A stretch of 24,000 nucleotides of DNA from positions 85,063 through 109,062 of the forward strand of contig JAIETE010000004.1 in the NCBI GenBank assembly GCA_019745505.1, in the 5' to 3' direction. The notes under the pieces were generated by a model. It was not told the origin of the DNA. It did not search any database and was given only the letters and a program-made list of their open reading frames with translations. This stretch comes from Candidatus Obscuribacterales bacterium (GTDB lineage: Bacteria > Cyanobacteriota > Vampirovibrionia > Obscuribacterales > Obscuribacteraceae). The translations under genes were made by a program, and so were the position numbers. Below are positions 1 through 11,249 of the stretch, piece by piece (position 1 is the first letter of the stretch; the number at the start of each line of letters is the position of its first letter).

Positions 1-48
1 AACGCAGTTCTGCTTTTACTTGTAATCACGCTGATTTTGCCCCTTTAT

Positions 49-2049
<2,001 letters not shown>

Positions 2050-2073
2050 CTTGGATTACGGCCGCCTGCTTGG

Positions 2074-3444
2074 TTATCGTTGGGGCGTGTTGATTACGAC
2101 GGAATCGCTGATAAACCATTTGCCGTCAATCTTCTCAATTGTGTAATTGACGTTGTATGTATCTTCCGCGTCCTTCAGCGACTTGTTGGTCGTGTCATCG
2201 ATAAAACGGCGAAATTCTTTGACTTGAGCGAAGCAAGCGTATTTCTTGCCGGGAACCAATTCCTGATACCTGTTAACCGTTACGCCGCGCGAGGTCATGT
2301 CATAGTATTTGTGTGTCGTCATCAAATACTTGATCGCTCCCGTTTGCTTCTCCAGCGCTTTGCCGGACAGAACCTCAGGCAGCTCTGATGTGACTCGATT
2401 TCTGACGGCGGTTTTCTTAATCGCCTGCCACGTCTTCAGCAATTCGGTGAAGGTATTTTTCAGCGCATCCGACGGCGCAGAGGAATTTGCCGGCGGCGTC
2501 TTGACGGCGGTTGCAGTCGACCGGACCGGTGTTTTTACGGACGGCGTGCTAATTGAAGGCACAGTTGCAACTTTTACCGGTACCGGCGGCTGCTCTACAA
2601 CGTCGTCGGTCGTATCGACGCTGGTGCTCATCGATGAATGCGATTTGATGGAGTCCGAGCTGGCATCGCGGCTGGAAACTTTGATGACTAGCGCAATCTT
2701 TTCTCTTTTGTCTTGCGGCAATGTAGAAAGGTCATCTTCGCTCGGCGCTGCGATCGAAACCTGGTACTTGCCTGCCGGCAGTGAAAGCGGCTTGGGATCT
2801 TCTTTAACGACTTCAGTCTTGGATTTCTCCAGCTCTTTGTTGAAGTCTGAGATTTTGCCCGGTTTCACTCCCAGAGCTTCCAGGAAATAGTCGGCGGTCA
2901 TTTGAATATTGATGAAATTGCTCGCCGGATTCGGCTGTTTTACAAGACAGAGCTCAGCCTCTGTCACCTTTTGGTCGGCGACGGTCAGATGCAGGTGGTT
3001 GTCCTGAGTGTCCTTCATTTCATTGGGCACGCGCATGGTGGCATTGAATGGTCCGATGCCAGGCCAACCTCCGGACTTGACGAAATCGCTGCCTTTGAAT
3101 GCATCGATCGTGCACAGTGGTGCAGAGCCGGTTTGTGTCGTGGACGATGCCGCAGCTTCAACTGCTTCCGATGTGGTTGAGAAATCTGGTTTGGAGCCGG
3201 CCGATTCGCTTGCACCACCGGTAGTGACTTTAAAATTGGGCGACGTGTCAATGCTTGCCGGTTGTTTTGTTGTCTTCGGCTTCGAAGTCTGTGCGTCTTG
3301 CTTAGACGGTTGGCTTTTGTTTGAATCCTGACCTTCACTCCAAAGTGCATCGAGCGAACTGTCGTCTTGTTGTGCGAATGCCGGCAACGACATTGCCAGG
3401 AGCATCTGAGCAATCAACACGGAGCGAATGGCTGGTCTAATCAT
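2074..3444 (-). CDS. Secreted low-complexity protein with a C-terminal ARC6-like IMS (DUF4101, NTF2-like) type domain
   Basis: 456-aa ORF with ATG at 3444-3442. It has a Sec-type signal peptide (MIRPAIRSVLIAQMLLAMSLPAFA/QQ) and long S/T/P/A/K-rich stretches. The last ~120 aa (TWQAIKKTAV...NYTIEKIDGKWFISD) fit my recollection of the DUF4101/IMS pattern. Its stop lies 24 nt upstream of the M23 gene start on the same strand. Confidence 0.7.
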   Translation of the reverse strand: MIRPAIRSVLIAQMLLAMSLPAFAQQDDSSLDALWSEGQDSNKSQPSKQDAQTSKPKTTKQPASIDTSPNFKVTTGGASESAGSKPDFSTTSEAVEAAASSTTQTGSAPLCTIDAFKGSDFVKSGGWPGIGPFNATMRVPNEMKDTQDNHLHLTVADQKVTEAELCLVKQPNPASNFINIQMTADYFLEALGVKPGKISDFNKELEKSKTEVVKEDPKPLSLPAGKYQVSIAAPSEDDLSTLPQDKREKIALVIKVSSRDASSDSIKSHSSMSTSVDTTDDVVEQPPVPVKVATVPSISTPSVKTPVRSTATAVKTPPANSSAPSDALKNTFTELLKTWQAIKKTAVRNRVTSELPEVLSGKALEKQTGAIKYLMTTHKYYDMTSRGVTVNRYQELVPGKKYACFAQVKEFRRFIDDTTNKSLKDAEDTYNVNYTIEKIDGKWFISDSVVINTPQR

Positions 3445-3585
3445 AGGTCTCTCTCATCAAATTTCAGTATGCGTATACCGATAATCAGCTATGAAGTTAG
3501 CATATACTGCCGGACTTAATAAAGCTCATCCTTCCAATCTAGAGCCTTTTGGCTGTTTAATACAAAGCAACAAAAGTCGCCAAAA

Positions 3586-4749
3586 TTAAGCCCTGAGAGC
3601 TTCCAAGGCTAGAACGCTAGAATTTTGTTCAACTTCGTAAGGGACTAAATGTTCTCCATTACCCAGGCTCGTGCCGTGTTTCGCCAGATATGAAAGGCAT
3701 AGCGCTTCGGTTGCCAAGTGGATCAGTGTAGGTTCCACCGACCCGGTTAACAAGACAATATTGGCCGGGTTGCCATCTGCCACGACGTATATGCGTTTTA
3801 GGCAGTCCGAACCAGGGGCGTCATTCAAATAAAAACGCTGCGTCTTCAAGTCCAAATCATCGACTTTTGTCGCCAGCTTTCGCAAGGCGCCGATATCCAA
3901 CTCTTCAGGCCAGTGGCCGACATTGAGAAAAATGGCGCCGTCTCTGGCCGCCTGCCAGTGAGTCTCTGCAATGATCTGGCTCTTGCCTGTAGCGGTCACC
4001 ACTATGTCCGCTTTGTGCAGCGAGGACAATAAGTCGTTGACGGAGTATCCGTCGAAGTGCGCTATCAACCGCCGCACCGGATCGCTGTCGACAACATTGA
4101 CGATGCCGCCTTCTTTCCTCAGGTGAAATGCTACGCCCGAGCCGACTGCACCATAGCCGACCACAACTGCGTTGAGCCCTGAAAGAGAGCGTCCCGTCAG
4201 CCGGCGCAGCAGGTCTACCACGCCATCGCCAACGCCATGATAATTTTCAATGCGAGCCTTGAGCAATCCGCCGTTGATATTGATGACCGGCAGTGGCAGG
4301 TCCTTTATTCTTCTCAGTTTTTCAATACCGCTGGTGGTGATCTCGGAGGCTGCAATCACCGACTTGGGACGCTGAGACTGGGGCATGGAAAGATATTTGT
4401 CGATGATTACAAAACCCGTATCTGTGAGCAGTTGCGGTGACTCGGCCAGGACTTTCTCGGCGGATGAATCTCCGGTAAAAACCTTTGCTCCGAGGTCGAT
4501 GATTTTTTGCACCGCGTCATCGTCGGTAGTGGCAGGATTGACCTCACTGAGAAACAATTTCGCGCCGCCTTCGACCAGCGCTTCGGCGGTCAGCAGCGTC
4601 AACTGCGTCAAATGGCAGTGCCAGCCTATTTTCAGACCTTTGAGCGCACCGTCAGTTTTGAGATGTTTTCCCAACTTTTCCATTAAAGGAAAAAGTTCCA
4701 TCAGTTCCGGAAGTTTTTCACTTTTTTCTTTTTGCTTTTGTGTAGGCAT
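3586..4749 (-). CDS. Divergent S-adenosyl-L-homocysteine hydrolase (AhcY) fold protein, NAD-binding; true substrate unclear
   Basis: 387-aa ORF with an ATG start. Several blocks are collinear with AhcY motifs as I recall them. NPATTDDDAV corresponds to NPLSTQDD. SEITTSG corresponds to EETTTG. LKARIENYHGVG corresponds to KxxFDNxYGxG. AVVVGYGAVGSGVAFHL...VVDSDPV corresponds to the GYGxxGxG...DP Rossmann block. GHWPEEL corresponds to GHFxxEI. Confidence 0.8.
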   Translation of the reverse strand: MPTQKQKEKSEKLPELMELFPLMEKLGKHLKTDGALKGLKIGWHCHLTQLTLLTAEALVEGGAKLFLSEVNPATTDDDAVQKIIDLGAKVFTGDSSAEKVLAESPQLLTDTGFVIIDKYLSMPQSQRPKSVIAASEITTSGIEKLRRIKDLPLPVININGGLLKARIENYHGVGDGVVDLLRRLTGRSLSGLNAVVVGYGAVGSGVAFHLRKEGGIVNVVDSDPVRRLIAHFDGYSVNDLLSSLHKADIVVTATGKSQIIAETHWQAARDGAIFLNVGHWPEELDIGALRKLATKVDDLDLKTQRFYLNDAPGSDCLKRIYVVADGNPANIVLLTGSVEPTLIHLATEALCLSYLAKHGTSLGNGEHLVPYEVEQNSSVLALEALRA

Positions 4750-4789
4750 CTTATTCTGCTTGTCGACCTGATTTTTTCCGCTTCCAATA

Positions 4790-5419
4790 CTAGAGCCCGA
4801 GCACTTTCAGCCCGGAGCGTCTCAATAGTTCTACCGCGCGCGATACGGGCAAGCCGATCACGTTTGAATCGCTGCCTTCGACTTTGCTGACGAGAAATGC
4901 ACCTATGCCTTGCAGTGCATAAGCACCGGCTTTGTCCATAGGTTCCTGGGTGTCCACGTATGCCTCAATTTCAGTGCGCTGCAGCGGGCGGAAAGTGACA
5001 TAGGAAGTCTCTACCGCGTTGATGACGCTCTTTTTGATGCCGCCATTGCTGTTCGTTTTTTCTGCCCGAAACACGACCACACCCGTGTGCACGGTATGAG
5101 TTTTTCCCGATAGACTTTCTAACATTTCGATCGCTTCATTGCGATCGCCGGGTTTGCCCAATAACTTACCTTCATACGCAACCAGGGTATCAGCCGCCAA
5201 TATAAGGAAGGGTCCATCTTCGCTTTCGATTCGCTTGCGAAGCTGTAAAACGACATCCTCTGCCTTTTGCTCGGCGATCGAAAGCACTACTTCCTCGGGA
5301 CTCATTCCCGGCTGGATTACTTCTTCTTTGTCGCTGGGTACGACTTCGAATTTGACTCCCAATTTATTCAGCAGGTCGATTCTTCTGGGCGATTGTGACG
5401 CCAGTATCAATTGGTTCAC
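4790..5419 (-). CDS. maf: Maf-family nucleoside triphosphate pyrophosphatase (septum formation protein Maf)
   Basis: 209-aa ORF with a GTG start at 5419-5417, preceded by AGAGGAAACAC (GAGGA Shine-Dalgarno). The N-terminus LILASQSPRRIDLL and the later KAGAYALQG motif are typical of Maf/YhdE. Confidence 0.9.
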   Translation of the reverse strand: MNQLILASQSPRRIDLLNKLGVKFEVVPSDKEEVIQPGMSPEEVVLSIAEQKAEDVVLQLRKRIESEDGPFLILAADTLVAYEGKLLGKPGDRNEAIEMLESLSGKTHTVHTGVVVFRAEKTNSNGGIKKSVINAVETSYVTFRPLQRTEIEAYVDTQEPMDKAGAYALQGIGAFLVSKVEGSDSNVIGLPVSRAVELLRRSGLKVLGL

Positions 5420-5473
5420 GTGTTTCCTCTGTCGGTTTTCAAATCAATGCAGCGGTGTGGCTCAGTCCGTTTT

Positions 5474-7549
5474 TCAAGATTCAATCTGGAAGCATTGCAC
5501 TCGGCGATTGCCCTTGTCGGCGACATAAAGGGTATTACTCTCGGTGTCGATGCTCACATCAGAAGGTGCCAACAACTGGCCGTTGTCGGAACCTTTTTCG
5601 CCGATGATGTAGAGAAAGTCTCCGGTGGGACTGAAAACTTGTACTCTGTGATTGAGCGAATCCAGAACGTAAATTTTGTCGTTCTGGTCTACAGCTACAG
5701 CCCGAGGTACATTGAACTGCCCTGGATTAGAGCCTTTGGCGCCGAAGTAGCGCACGAGCAGACCGGCTTTAGTGAAGACGGATACGCGCGAGAGTCCATA
5801 GTCGACGCAATAGATCTGATTCAGCCTGTCCACGGCCAGACTGCAAGGCAATTGCATTTGCCCGGGACCGTCACCCTTGGAGCCCAGCTTTCGCAGCCAG
5901 GTGCCCATATCCGACTGAAAGATTTGAATGCAGCCGTTTACCGCATCGGCCACGTATGCAACACCGGTTGAATCAATTGCTATGCCCGTCAAGCCGGAGT
6001 CGTTGCCGTGCACGTTTTTGAATTCACGCATGAAGACGCCGGAAGCGTCAAACACTCTAATATAGTGGTCATTGGCGTCGGTAACGTAAATGCGACCTCT
6101 TCCATCGAATGCCAGACCGGAAGGTTTGGAGACACTGCCTCCGCGCGTCGGTGAATTTTTTGCATCAGGCAATTGGGCGAGATCGCCGGACCAGCGACCG
6201 TCTTTGGAAAAGACTGAGAGTTTGCGTGTGCCCACGTCGGCGACTACGAGTCGTCCGGACCAAAACGCCACATGGGCCGGCTCGGAAAAGGGCGACTGCT
6301 CTTTTCCGCGTGTCGTGATCGAACGCAAGAATTTGCCTTTGGATTGCATCGCTCCGGAAAGAGAGCGTGAAGCCGGCGCGGCGAAAGATTCGGTTTGCCG
6401 TTTGGGGTCAAACGAGGACCCCGGCGCATTTACGGAGCGAAACTCAGAAGTTGTTCCCCACGAATTTGCTCCGGTTGTCGATTGATTATCGGAAATAGCA
6501 GGCGGATTGACGGCCTGCAGGGAGGGTTGGAAGGGCGGGGCTGAAGGCTGAATCGCCGGGTTTGCCGATGTTTCTGCCGCTTGGCTGGCACTGACCGCGT
6601 TGCCCGGCGTCTGCCCGGGCTCCTCGTAACCTGGAGGTCGATAATTTGCCGGCAGCGCCTCGAGATTTTCCGCTGTTCTCTGTCCGACGTTGTATCCTCG
6701 CGCTTGCGATCCTGTGTTGTCACTGAGGCTCGAGGCGAAATCCCTGGCGAAATCCTTGATACTGCGATACCTCTCGCGGGCCCTTTTGCGCATCGCTTTG
6801 GCAACACAAGCCGATGTTTCCACACCAATTGCGGTGTTGAGTATATGCAGAGGCTTTTCTTCTTTGGATACTATTTTGACGATCGTCGCGGCTATGCCCT
6901 CGCCTGAAAACGGAATCTGCTTTGAGAGTGCCTCGTAGCTGACCACGCCCAGCGAAAAAATGTCGGCTCTATGGTCTACGTTTTTGGCATCCTGCAACTG
7001 TTCGGGAGACACGTATGCCAGAGTTCCCAGCATAACGCCTGTTTTAGTCAGCTTTGTCTCTTCAAAGTCCACCGCGCGGGCAATGCCGAAGTCCGTGATT
7101 TTGACCCGGCCATCCTTCAATATGAAAATGTTGTCCGGCTTCACGTCTCGATGCACGACATTCATCGTGTGGGCGAAGTCTAGAGCCTCGGCGACTTGAC
7201 TCAAGAAGGGCCAATATTCCTGGGGCGTCATCGGCTCCCGGCGAGCTTCCAGCTCACTCTTGAGGCTATGCCCTTCGAGGAATTCCATTACATAGTAGTA
7301 TTTGCCTTCTTCCACTTCGACATCGAAAACTTCGACGATATTTTTGTGGCTTAAGCGCTTTACTGTGACTGCTTCTCGCTTGAACCGGTCACGGAATTCC
7401 CTCATTTTCTCAGGGGATATATTCTCCATGACCAGCTGTTTGATCGCTACCAGACGATTTTCTTTCGGGTCGTATGCCTGATAAACGATGCCCATCCCCC
7501 CACGTCCAATTTCCGAGAGGATTTTGTATCGGCCGAAATCCGGCGTCAT
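5474..7549 (-). CDS. Hanks-type Ser/Thr protein kinase with a long low-complexity linker and a C-terminal NHL-repeat beta-propeller
   Basis: 691-aa ORF with an ATG start. Kinase motifs present are GRGGMGIVY, AIK, HRDVKPDNIF, DFGIAR and SPEQ. The C-terminal ~270 aa contain repeated NHL-like units (GRIYVTDANDHYIRVFD, VAYVADAVNGCIQIF, KIYVLDSLNHRVQVF, LYVADKGNRRVQCF). Confidence 0.93.
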   Translation of the reverse strand: MTPDFGRYKILSEIGRGGMGIVYQAYDPKENRLVAIKQLVMENISPEKMREFRDRFKREAVTVKRLSHKNIVEVFDVEVEEGKYYYVMEFLEGHSLKSELEARREPMTPQEYWPFLSQVAEALDFAHTMNVVHRDVKPDNIFILKDGRVKITDFGIARAVDFEETKLTKTGVMLGTLAYVSPEQLQDAKNVDHRADIFSLGVVSYEALSKQIPFSGEGIAATIVKIVSKEEKPLHILNTAIGVETSACVAKAMRKRARERYRSIKDFARDFASSLSDNTGSQARGYNVGQRTAENLEALPANYRPPGYEEPGQTPGNAVSASQAAETSANPAIQPSAPPFQPSLQAVNPPAISDNQSTTGANSWGTTSEFRSVNAPGSSFDPKRQTESFAAPASRSLSGAMQSKGKFLRSITTRGKEQSPFSEPAHVAFWSGRLVVADVGTRKLSVFSKDGRWSGDLAQLPDAKNSPTRGGSVSKPSGLAFDGRGRIYVTDANDHYIRVFDASGVFMREFKNVHGNDSGLTGIAIDSTGVAYVADAVNGCIQIFQSDMGTWLRKLGSKGDGPGQMQLPCSLAVDRLNQIYCVDYGLSRVSVFTKAGLLVRYFGAKGSNPGQFNVPRAVAVDQNDKIYVLDSLNHRVQVFSPTGDFLYIIGEKGSDNGQLLAPSDVSIDTESNTLYVADKGNRRVQCFQIES

Positions 7550-7559
7550 CTAGGCGTCC

Positions 7560-8015
7560 CTATTCAACAGAAAAAACCATTTCGGTCTTGCCGAAGGTCA
7601 ACTTGTCGCCGGGGAAGATTTGTTTGCGCTCCTGAAGCACTTCGCCGTTGAGCAGAGTGCCGTTCGTCGAGCCTAGATCTTCTACCCAGTAACCGCCTTG
7701 CATCTGCAAAACCCAGGCGTGATGCCTTGATACATAGTGATCGGTAGTGATGGAGATATTGTTTGTCTGGTCTCGACCGATCTTGCTCACCGATTGAGTG
7801 AGCGGATATTTTTCCGAAGTCAATTTGGCGATGAGAAACGCCGGACGAGACGTACGACCGTCTTTTCGAGCAGGAACCGCATAGAGGTCCTGCTGAGAGC
7901 GAGAGGCGCCACCAAAGCCGCCTTGAATCTCGGAGCTCACGCCACAGACGGTACAAGTCCCGTCCGGACTGACGACTCCACCGCATCTTGTGCACTCGGT
8001 TGTGCTTTTGGACAT
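7560..8015 (-). CDS. FHA-domain protein with an N-terminal CxxC...CxxC zinc ribbon
   Basis: 151-aa ORF with an ATG start. It has a CTRCGG...CTVCG zinc ribbon. The FHA signature is IGRDQTNNISI...VSRHHAWV...VEDLGSTNGTLLNG. The stop lies 10 nt upstream of the kinase start. Confidence 0.9.
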   Translation of the reverse strand: MSKSTTECTRCGGVVSPDGTCTVCGVSSEIQGGFGGASRSQQDLYAVPARKDGRTSRPAFLIAKLTSEKYPLTQSVSKIGRDQTNNISITTDHYVSRHHAWVLQMQGGYWVEDLGSTNGTLLNGEVLQERKQIFPGDKLTFGKTEMVFSVE

Positions 8016-8024
8016 AAGACCGTT

Positions 8025-8792
8025 TTATTTGCTTCCGTTGTCGGATGCTTCGTCTAGATACTGAATTACTACCACGGTTACATTGTCCGGGGCTCCACCG
8101 TCAAGAGTTAGCTTAACAAGGTCTTCGCAGACTTGTTCGGGTTCCTCGTGCTCGGCGCAGACTTCTCCGATTTGCTCATCTCTCAAAACTGTCGGCAAGC
8201 CGTCAGAACAGAGCACTACCCAGTCTCTTGCTTTGAGCTCGACCGGTGTATGGTCGATTTCCACACGCTCCTCGTGACCGAGACAACGGGTGATTAAATT
8301 CTTGTAAGGATTGATTCGGGCCTGCTCTTCGGTCAATCTGCCGGCTCTCACCATCTCTTGCACTACCGAGTGATCGTTAGTGAGAAGGACGGGCTTGCCG
8401 TCTCGGAGCAGATATGCGCGGGAGTCGCCGACGTGGGCAATTTCCAGTGCCTCTTCCGATTGGACGCCGACCACGATGGTCGTGCCCATGCCTCTGACCG
8501 AGGCGTCTTCCTCTGCTTGCTGCCAAACTGACTGATTTGCCAGGTTGACCGTTTCAAGCAACCATTTCTGAATATCGGAACGTCCGTTTTGCGGAGGTGG
8601 ATTATCAGTCCACTGTTTTTCAACCGCTTCCACTGCCAATTTACTGGCTTTTGCTCCGCCTACTGCGCCGCCCATGCCATCGGCAACCGCGAACACACGG
8701 AGGTCCGGGCTCACGTAGTAATTATCTTCGTTCCTCTGCCGTTGGCAACCGGCATCAGTCCGCGCAGCCGCACGCCATTTCAGCTTCGTCAA
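8025..8792 (-). CDS. PP2C-family Ser/Thr protein phosphatase
   Basis: 255-aa ORF. Motifs present are RQRNEDNYYV, AVADGMGG, GTT, DSR, CSDGL and GGAPDNVTVVV. The apparent TTG start (8792-8790) overlaps the ABC1-kinase TGA as TTGA. The stop lies 9 nt upstream of the FHA start. Confidence 0.88.
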   Translation of the reverse strand: MTKLKWRAAARTDAGCQRQRNEDNYYVSPDLRVFAVADGMGGAVGGAKASKLAVEAVEKQWTDNPPPQNGRSDIQKWLLETVNLANQSVWQQAEEDASVRGMGTTIVVGVQSEEALEIAHVGDSRAYLLRDGKPVLLTNDHSVVQEMVRAGRLTEEQARINPYKNLITRCLGHEERVEIDHTPVELKARDWVVLCSDGLPTVLRDEQIGEVCAEHEEPEQVCEDLVKLTLDGGAPDNVTVVVIQYLDEASDNGSK

Positions 8793-11197
8793 TCTCCGCT
8801 GCCCCCTTGAGAATCCGGCTTGTCTAACCGTGTTATCAAGCTAACCGGTGTCACTAAATGCCACATTATAATTGCCACCATTACACCATTTCCAATCAAG
8901 AAATAGGGGGCTAATGGCCTAATTTCAGTAATCTGTGTTGACCCGATATATGCCAGGTCAAAAACGCAGAGAGCTGCTGACAAAAGGCTTAAGCCAAGCC
9001 GTTTGCGCTTATTCGCGGATAGGGTGGTTTCCAGTAGCTGCAGCCTCTTGCTGAGGTTGGCAACCTGACTTTTCATCTGAATATCCGCTGCCTGTGCCTC
9101 TCTCATTCTTGTTTCAAGTTCTTTTTGAGTGCCACTATTGGTAATGCGAGCGCCCTTCTTTAGCGCGTTTTGCCCCGATTGAGTACCTTCATGCGAGCCC
9201 GAAAGTTTGGAAAGTGACTCTTCAAGTAAAGTTACGTTTCCTCCGTAGAAGAGTCGCAGGAGCGGTACCGCTTGTTGAGGGCGATTCATTATCCACTTCT
9301 TGAGAGCTGGCTTGGCGGCCTCAACAAAGCTGAAATTGGGCTGCAAAGTCCTGGCGATTCCTTCAATTGTCGATCCCGCTCTCAAAAGGTAGGCAAGGGA
9401 TGGCGGCAAACATAGCGAGCGGTCGAGAGCTATCTGATCGATATCGTTTTCAAGGTCGGTGAAATCCAAATCTTTGACTTCTCGACCGGCGTAGTAATCG
9501 ATAAACGGTTTGACAGCGCGTTCGATGGGGCCGGAGTTGGCACCTTCTTTGAGGATGCCCAGCTTGCGCAGATTGGCAATCAAGTCTTCGGTGTTCTTTT
9601 GGATAACCGCTGATATACAGCCGGTGATCGCTTGCCGTTGTTCGTCGGAAATTTCGCCGACCATGCCGAAATCGTAGATGACAAGCCGTCCGTCTTCATC
9701 TACGGCGAGATTGCCTGCGTGAGGATCGGCGTGGAAGAAGCCGTGCATCAGTACTTGTTCGAGATAGCAGGTGACAAGAAGTTTGCCCAGGCGCGGCAGG
9801 TTGACATTGCGCGCGAGCAGTTCTTTCACTCTGTCTATTTTGGTACCGGGCAAAAATTCCAGAGTCAGGACCCGCCTGCCTGTGTATTTCCAGAACACCC
9901 GCGGTACGCGAATGTCTGAATAATCTCGCAGTACGCGTCGCAATCTGTCTGCGTTTCGACCTTCCTGAATGTAATTCACTTCGGCAAATAAATTGCGGCC
10001 GAACTCGTCGGCAAGCTCGTACCAGCCATCCCAATCCGCATATTTTTTGAACAAACTGCTGCCCAGCCTGATCAAAAAGCGCATATAGCCCAGATCTTGA
10101 TAGAAGCGTTGGCGCAGCTGCGGGCGCTGAACTTTCACTGCTACTTCAGTTCCATCCTTTAGCCGCGCTCTGTGCACTTGTCCGACTGATGCTGAGGCGA
10201 TTGGCGTTTCCTCGAAGTGAGCAAAAAGCTCATCGGGACAGGCTCCCAGATCGCGCTTAATCGTCTCTTTTACGGTCTCGAAGTCGAATGGCGGTACCTG
10301 GTCTTGAAGAAGCGAAAGCTCGTCGGCGATTTCAACCGGCAAAGCATCGCGTCTTACCGATAAAAATTGACCGAGCTTGATATATGTTTCGCCAAGGCTG
10401 ATGCAAGTTTCTTTCAGGCGTACGGCGCGCAGTTTTTGGCGAGCCTCTGATTCCTCCGGAGTTTTCGGGGGATGCATCTTGTCTGAAATGCTTGCATAGG
10501 TGAAGCTGAGCATTGTCTTGAGCATGCTCCAGAAACGAGCATCTCCGACAAGATTGCCTACTTTTACGCTGCGATCCGCCTCAGCCGGGTCATATGGACT
10601 GAACGATTCAACGGATGAAGACTTTCTGGCAATCAGAGGAAATGGGCTGCCGTGGTATGCCCGAATTTCTGTGCTCGGCGTGCGAAACTGCAGAAGCGAG
10701 TGTTCGCCTGTTTCTGTCTTCTTTGTGCGGGCACCCTTGGCGACAGAATCGGCTGAATCTGCCTTCTTGGCACTCGTATTCTTGGCTAAAGAATCGGCTG
10801 AATCTGCCTTCTTGGTACTCGTATTCTTGGCAAAAGAATCGGCTGCATCCGCCTTCTTGGCACTTGTATTCTTGGCTAAAGAATCGGCTGCATCCGACTT
10901 CTTGGTGCTTGCACTCTTGGCGACAGAATCGGCTGCATCCGACTTCTTGGTGCCTGCACTCTTGGCGACAGAATCGGCTGCATCCGCCTTCTTTGTACTT
11001 GCACTCTTGGCTACGGATTCGGCCGCATCCGTATTCTTGGCGCTTGCGGCGACAGAATCGGCTGCATCCGCATTTTTCGCGCCTGCACTCTTGGCTGTAA
11101 AGTCTCCAGCATCTGCCTTCTTGCCTGATGCTCGATTGCCCGGAGATATTGCCGGTTTGTCGTCCGAGGATTCAAATGGAACTTCGGGCGGACTCAC
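8789..11197 (-). CDS. ABC1/UbiB (AarF) family atypical kinase with an N-terminal 15-aa tandem-repeat region and a C-terminal coiled coil plus two TM helices
   Basis: 802-aa ORF with an apparent GTG start at 11197; the start is uncertain. The ABC1 core is KLGQFLSVRRDALPVEIADELSLLQDQVPPF...ASASVGQVHRARLKDGTEVAVKVQRP...FFHADPHAGNL...YDFGM. The N-terminus carries about 8 units of KKADAADSVAKSAST. Confidence 0.9.
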   Translation of the reverse strand: MSPPEVPFESSDDKPAISPGNRASGKKADAGDFTAKSAGAKNADAADSVAASAKNTDAAESVAKSASTKKADAADSVAKSAGTKKSDAADSVAKSASTKKSDAADSLAKNTSAKKADAADSFAKNTSTKKADSADSLAKNTSAKKADSADSVAKGARTKKTETGEHSLLQFRTPSTEIRAYHGSPFPLIARKSSSVESFSPYDPAEADRSVKVGNLVGDARFWSMLKTMLSFTYASISDKMHPPKTPEESEARQKLRAVRLKETCISLGETYIKLGQFLSVRRDALPVEIADELSLLQDQVPPFDFETVKETIKRDLGACPDELFAHFEETPIASASVGQVHRARLKDGTEVAVKVQRPQLRQRFYQDLGYMRFLIRLGSSLFKKYADWDGWYELADEFGRNLFAEVNYIQEGRNADRLRRVLRDYSDIRVPRVFWKYTGRRVLTLEFLPGTKIDRVKELLARNVNLPRLGKLLVTCYLEQVLMHGFFHADPHAGNLAVDEDGRLVIYDFGMVGEISDEQRQAITGCISAVIQKNTEDLIANLRKLGILKEGANSGPIERAVKPFIDYYAGREVKDLDFTDLENDIDQIALDRSLCLPPSLAYLLRAGSTIEGIARTLQPNFSFVEAAKPALKKWIMNRPQQAVPLLRLFYGGNVTLLEESLSKLSGSHEGTQSGQNALKKGARITNSGTQKELETRMREAQAADIQMKSQVANLSKRLQLLETTLSANKRKRLGLSLLSAALCVFDLAYIGSTQITEIRPLAPYFLIGNGVMVAIIMWHLVTPVSLITRLDKPDSQGGSGD
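10736..11100 (-). repeat. About 8 tandem 45-bp units (the promoter-proximal one is shortened), in frame, encoding a 15-aa K/A/D/S repeat in the ABC1 kinase
   Basis: On the + strand the motif GAATCGGCTG recurs at 10746, 10791, 10836, 10881, 10926 and 10971, an exact 45-bp spacing. Degenerate copies lie near 11016 and 11055. Confidence 0.9.
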
Positions 11198-11249
11198 AGA
11201 GCATGTCCCCGGTCTCGTGAAAAAATGTACTTATCGGCTGAAAAGCGTC

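Noticed and set aside
7564-7995. 143-aa alternative-frame ORF on the minus strand inside the FHA gene, and similar nested ORFs (e.g. 3015..3413, 6430..6828, 9696..10034, 15976..16296)
   Set aside because: They are Arg/Ser/Pro-rich off-frame translations within genes that have clear domain motifs in the other frame, which is typical of shadow ORFs.
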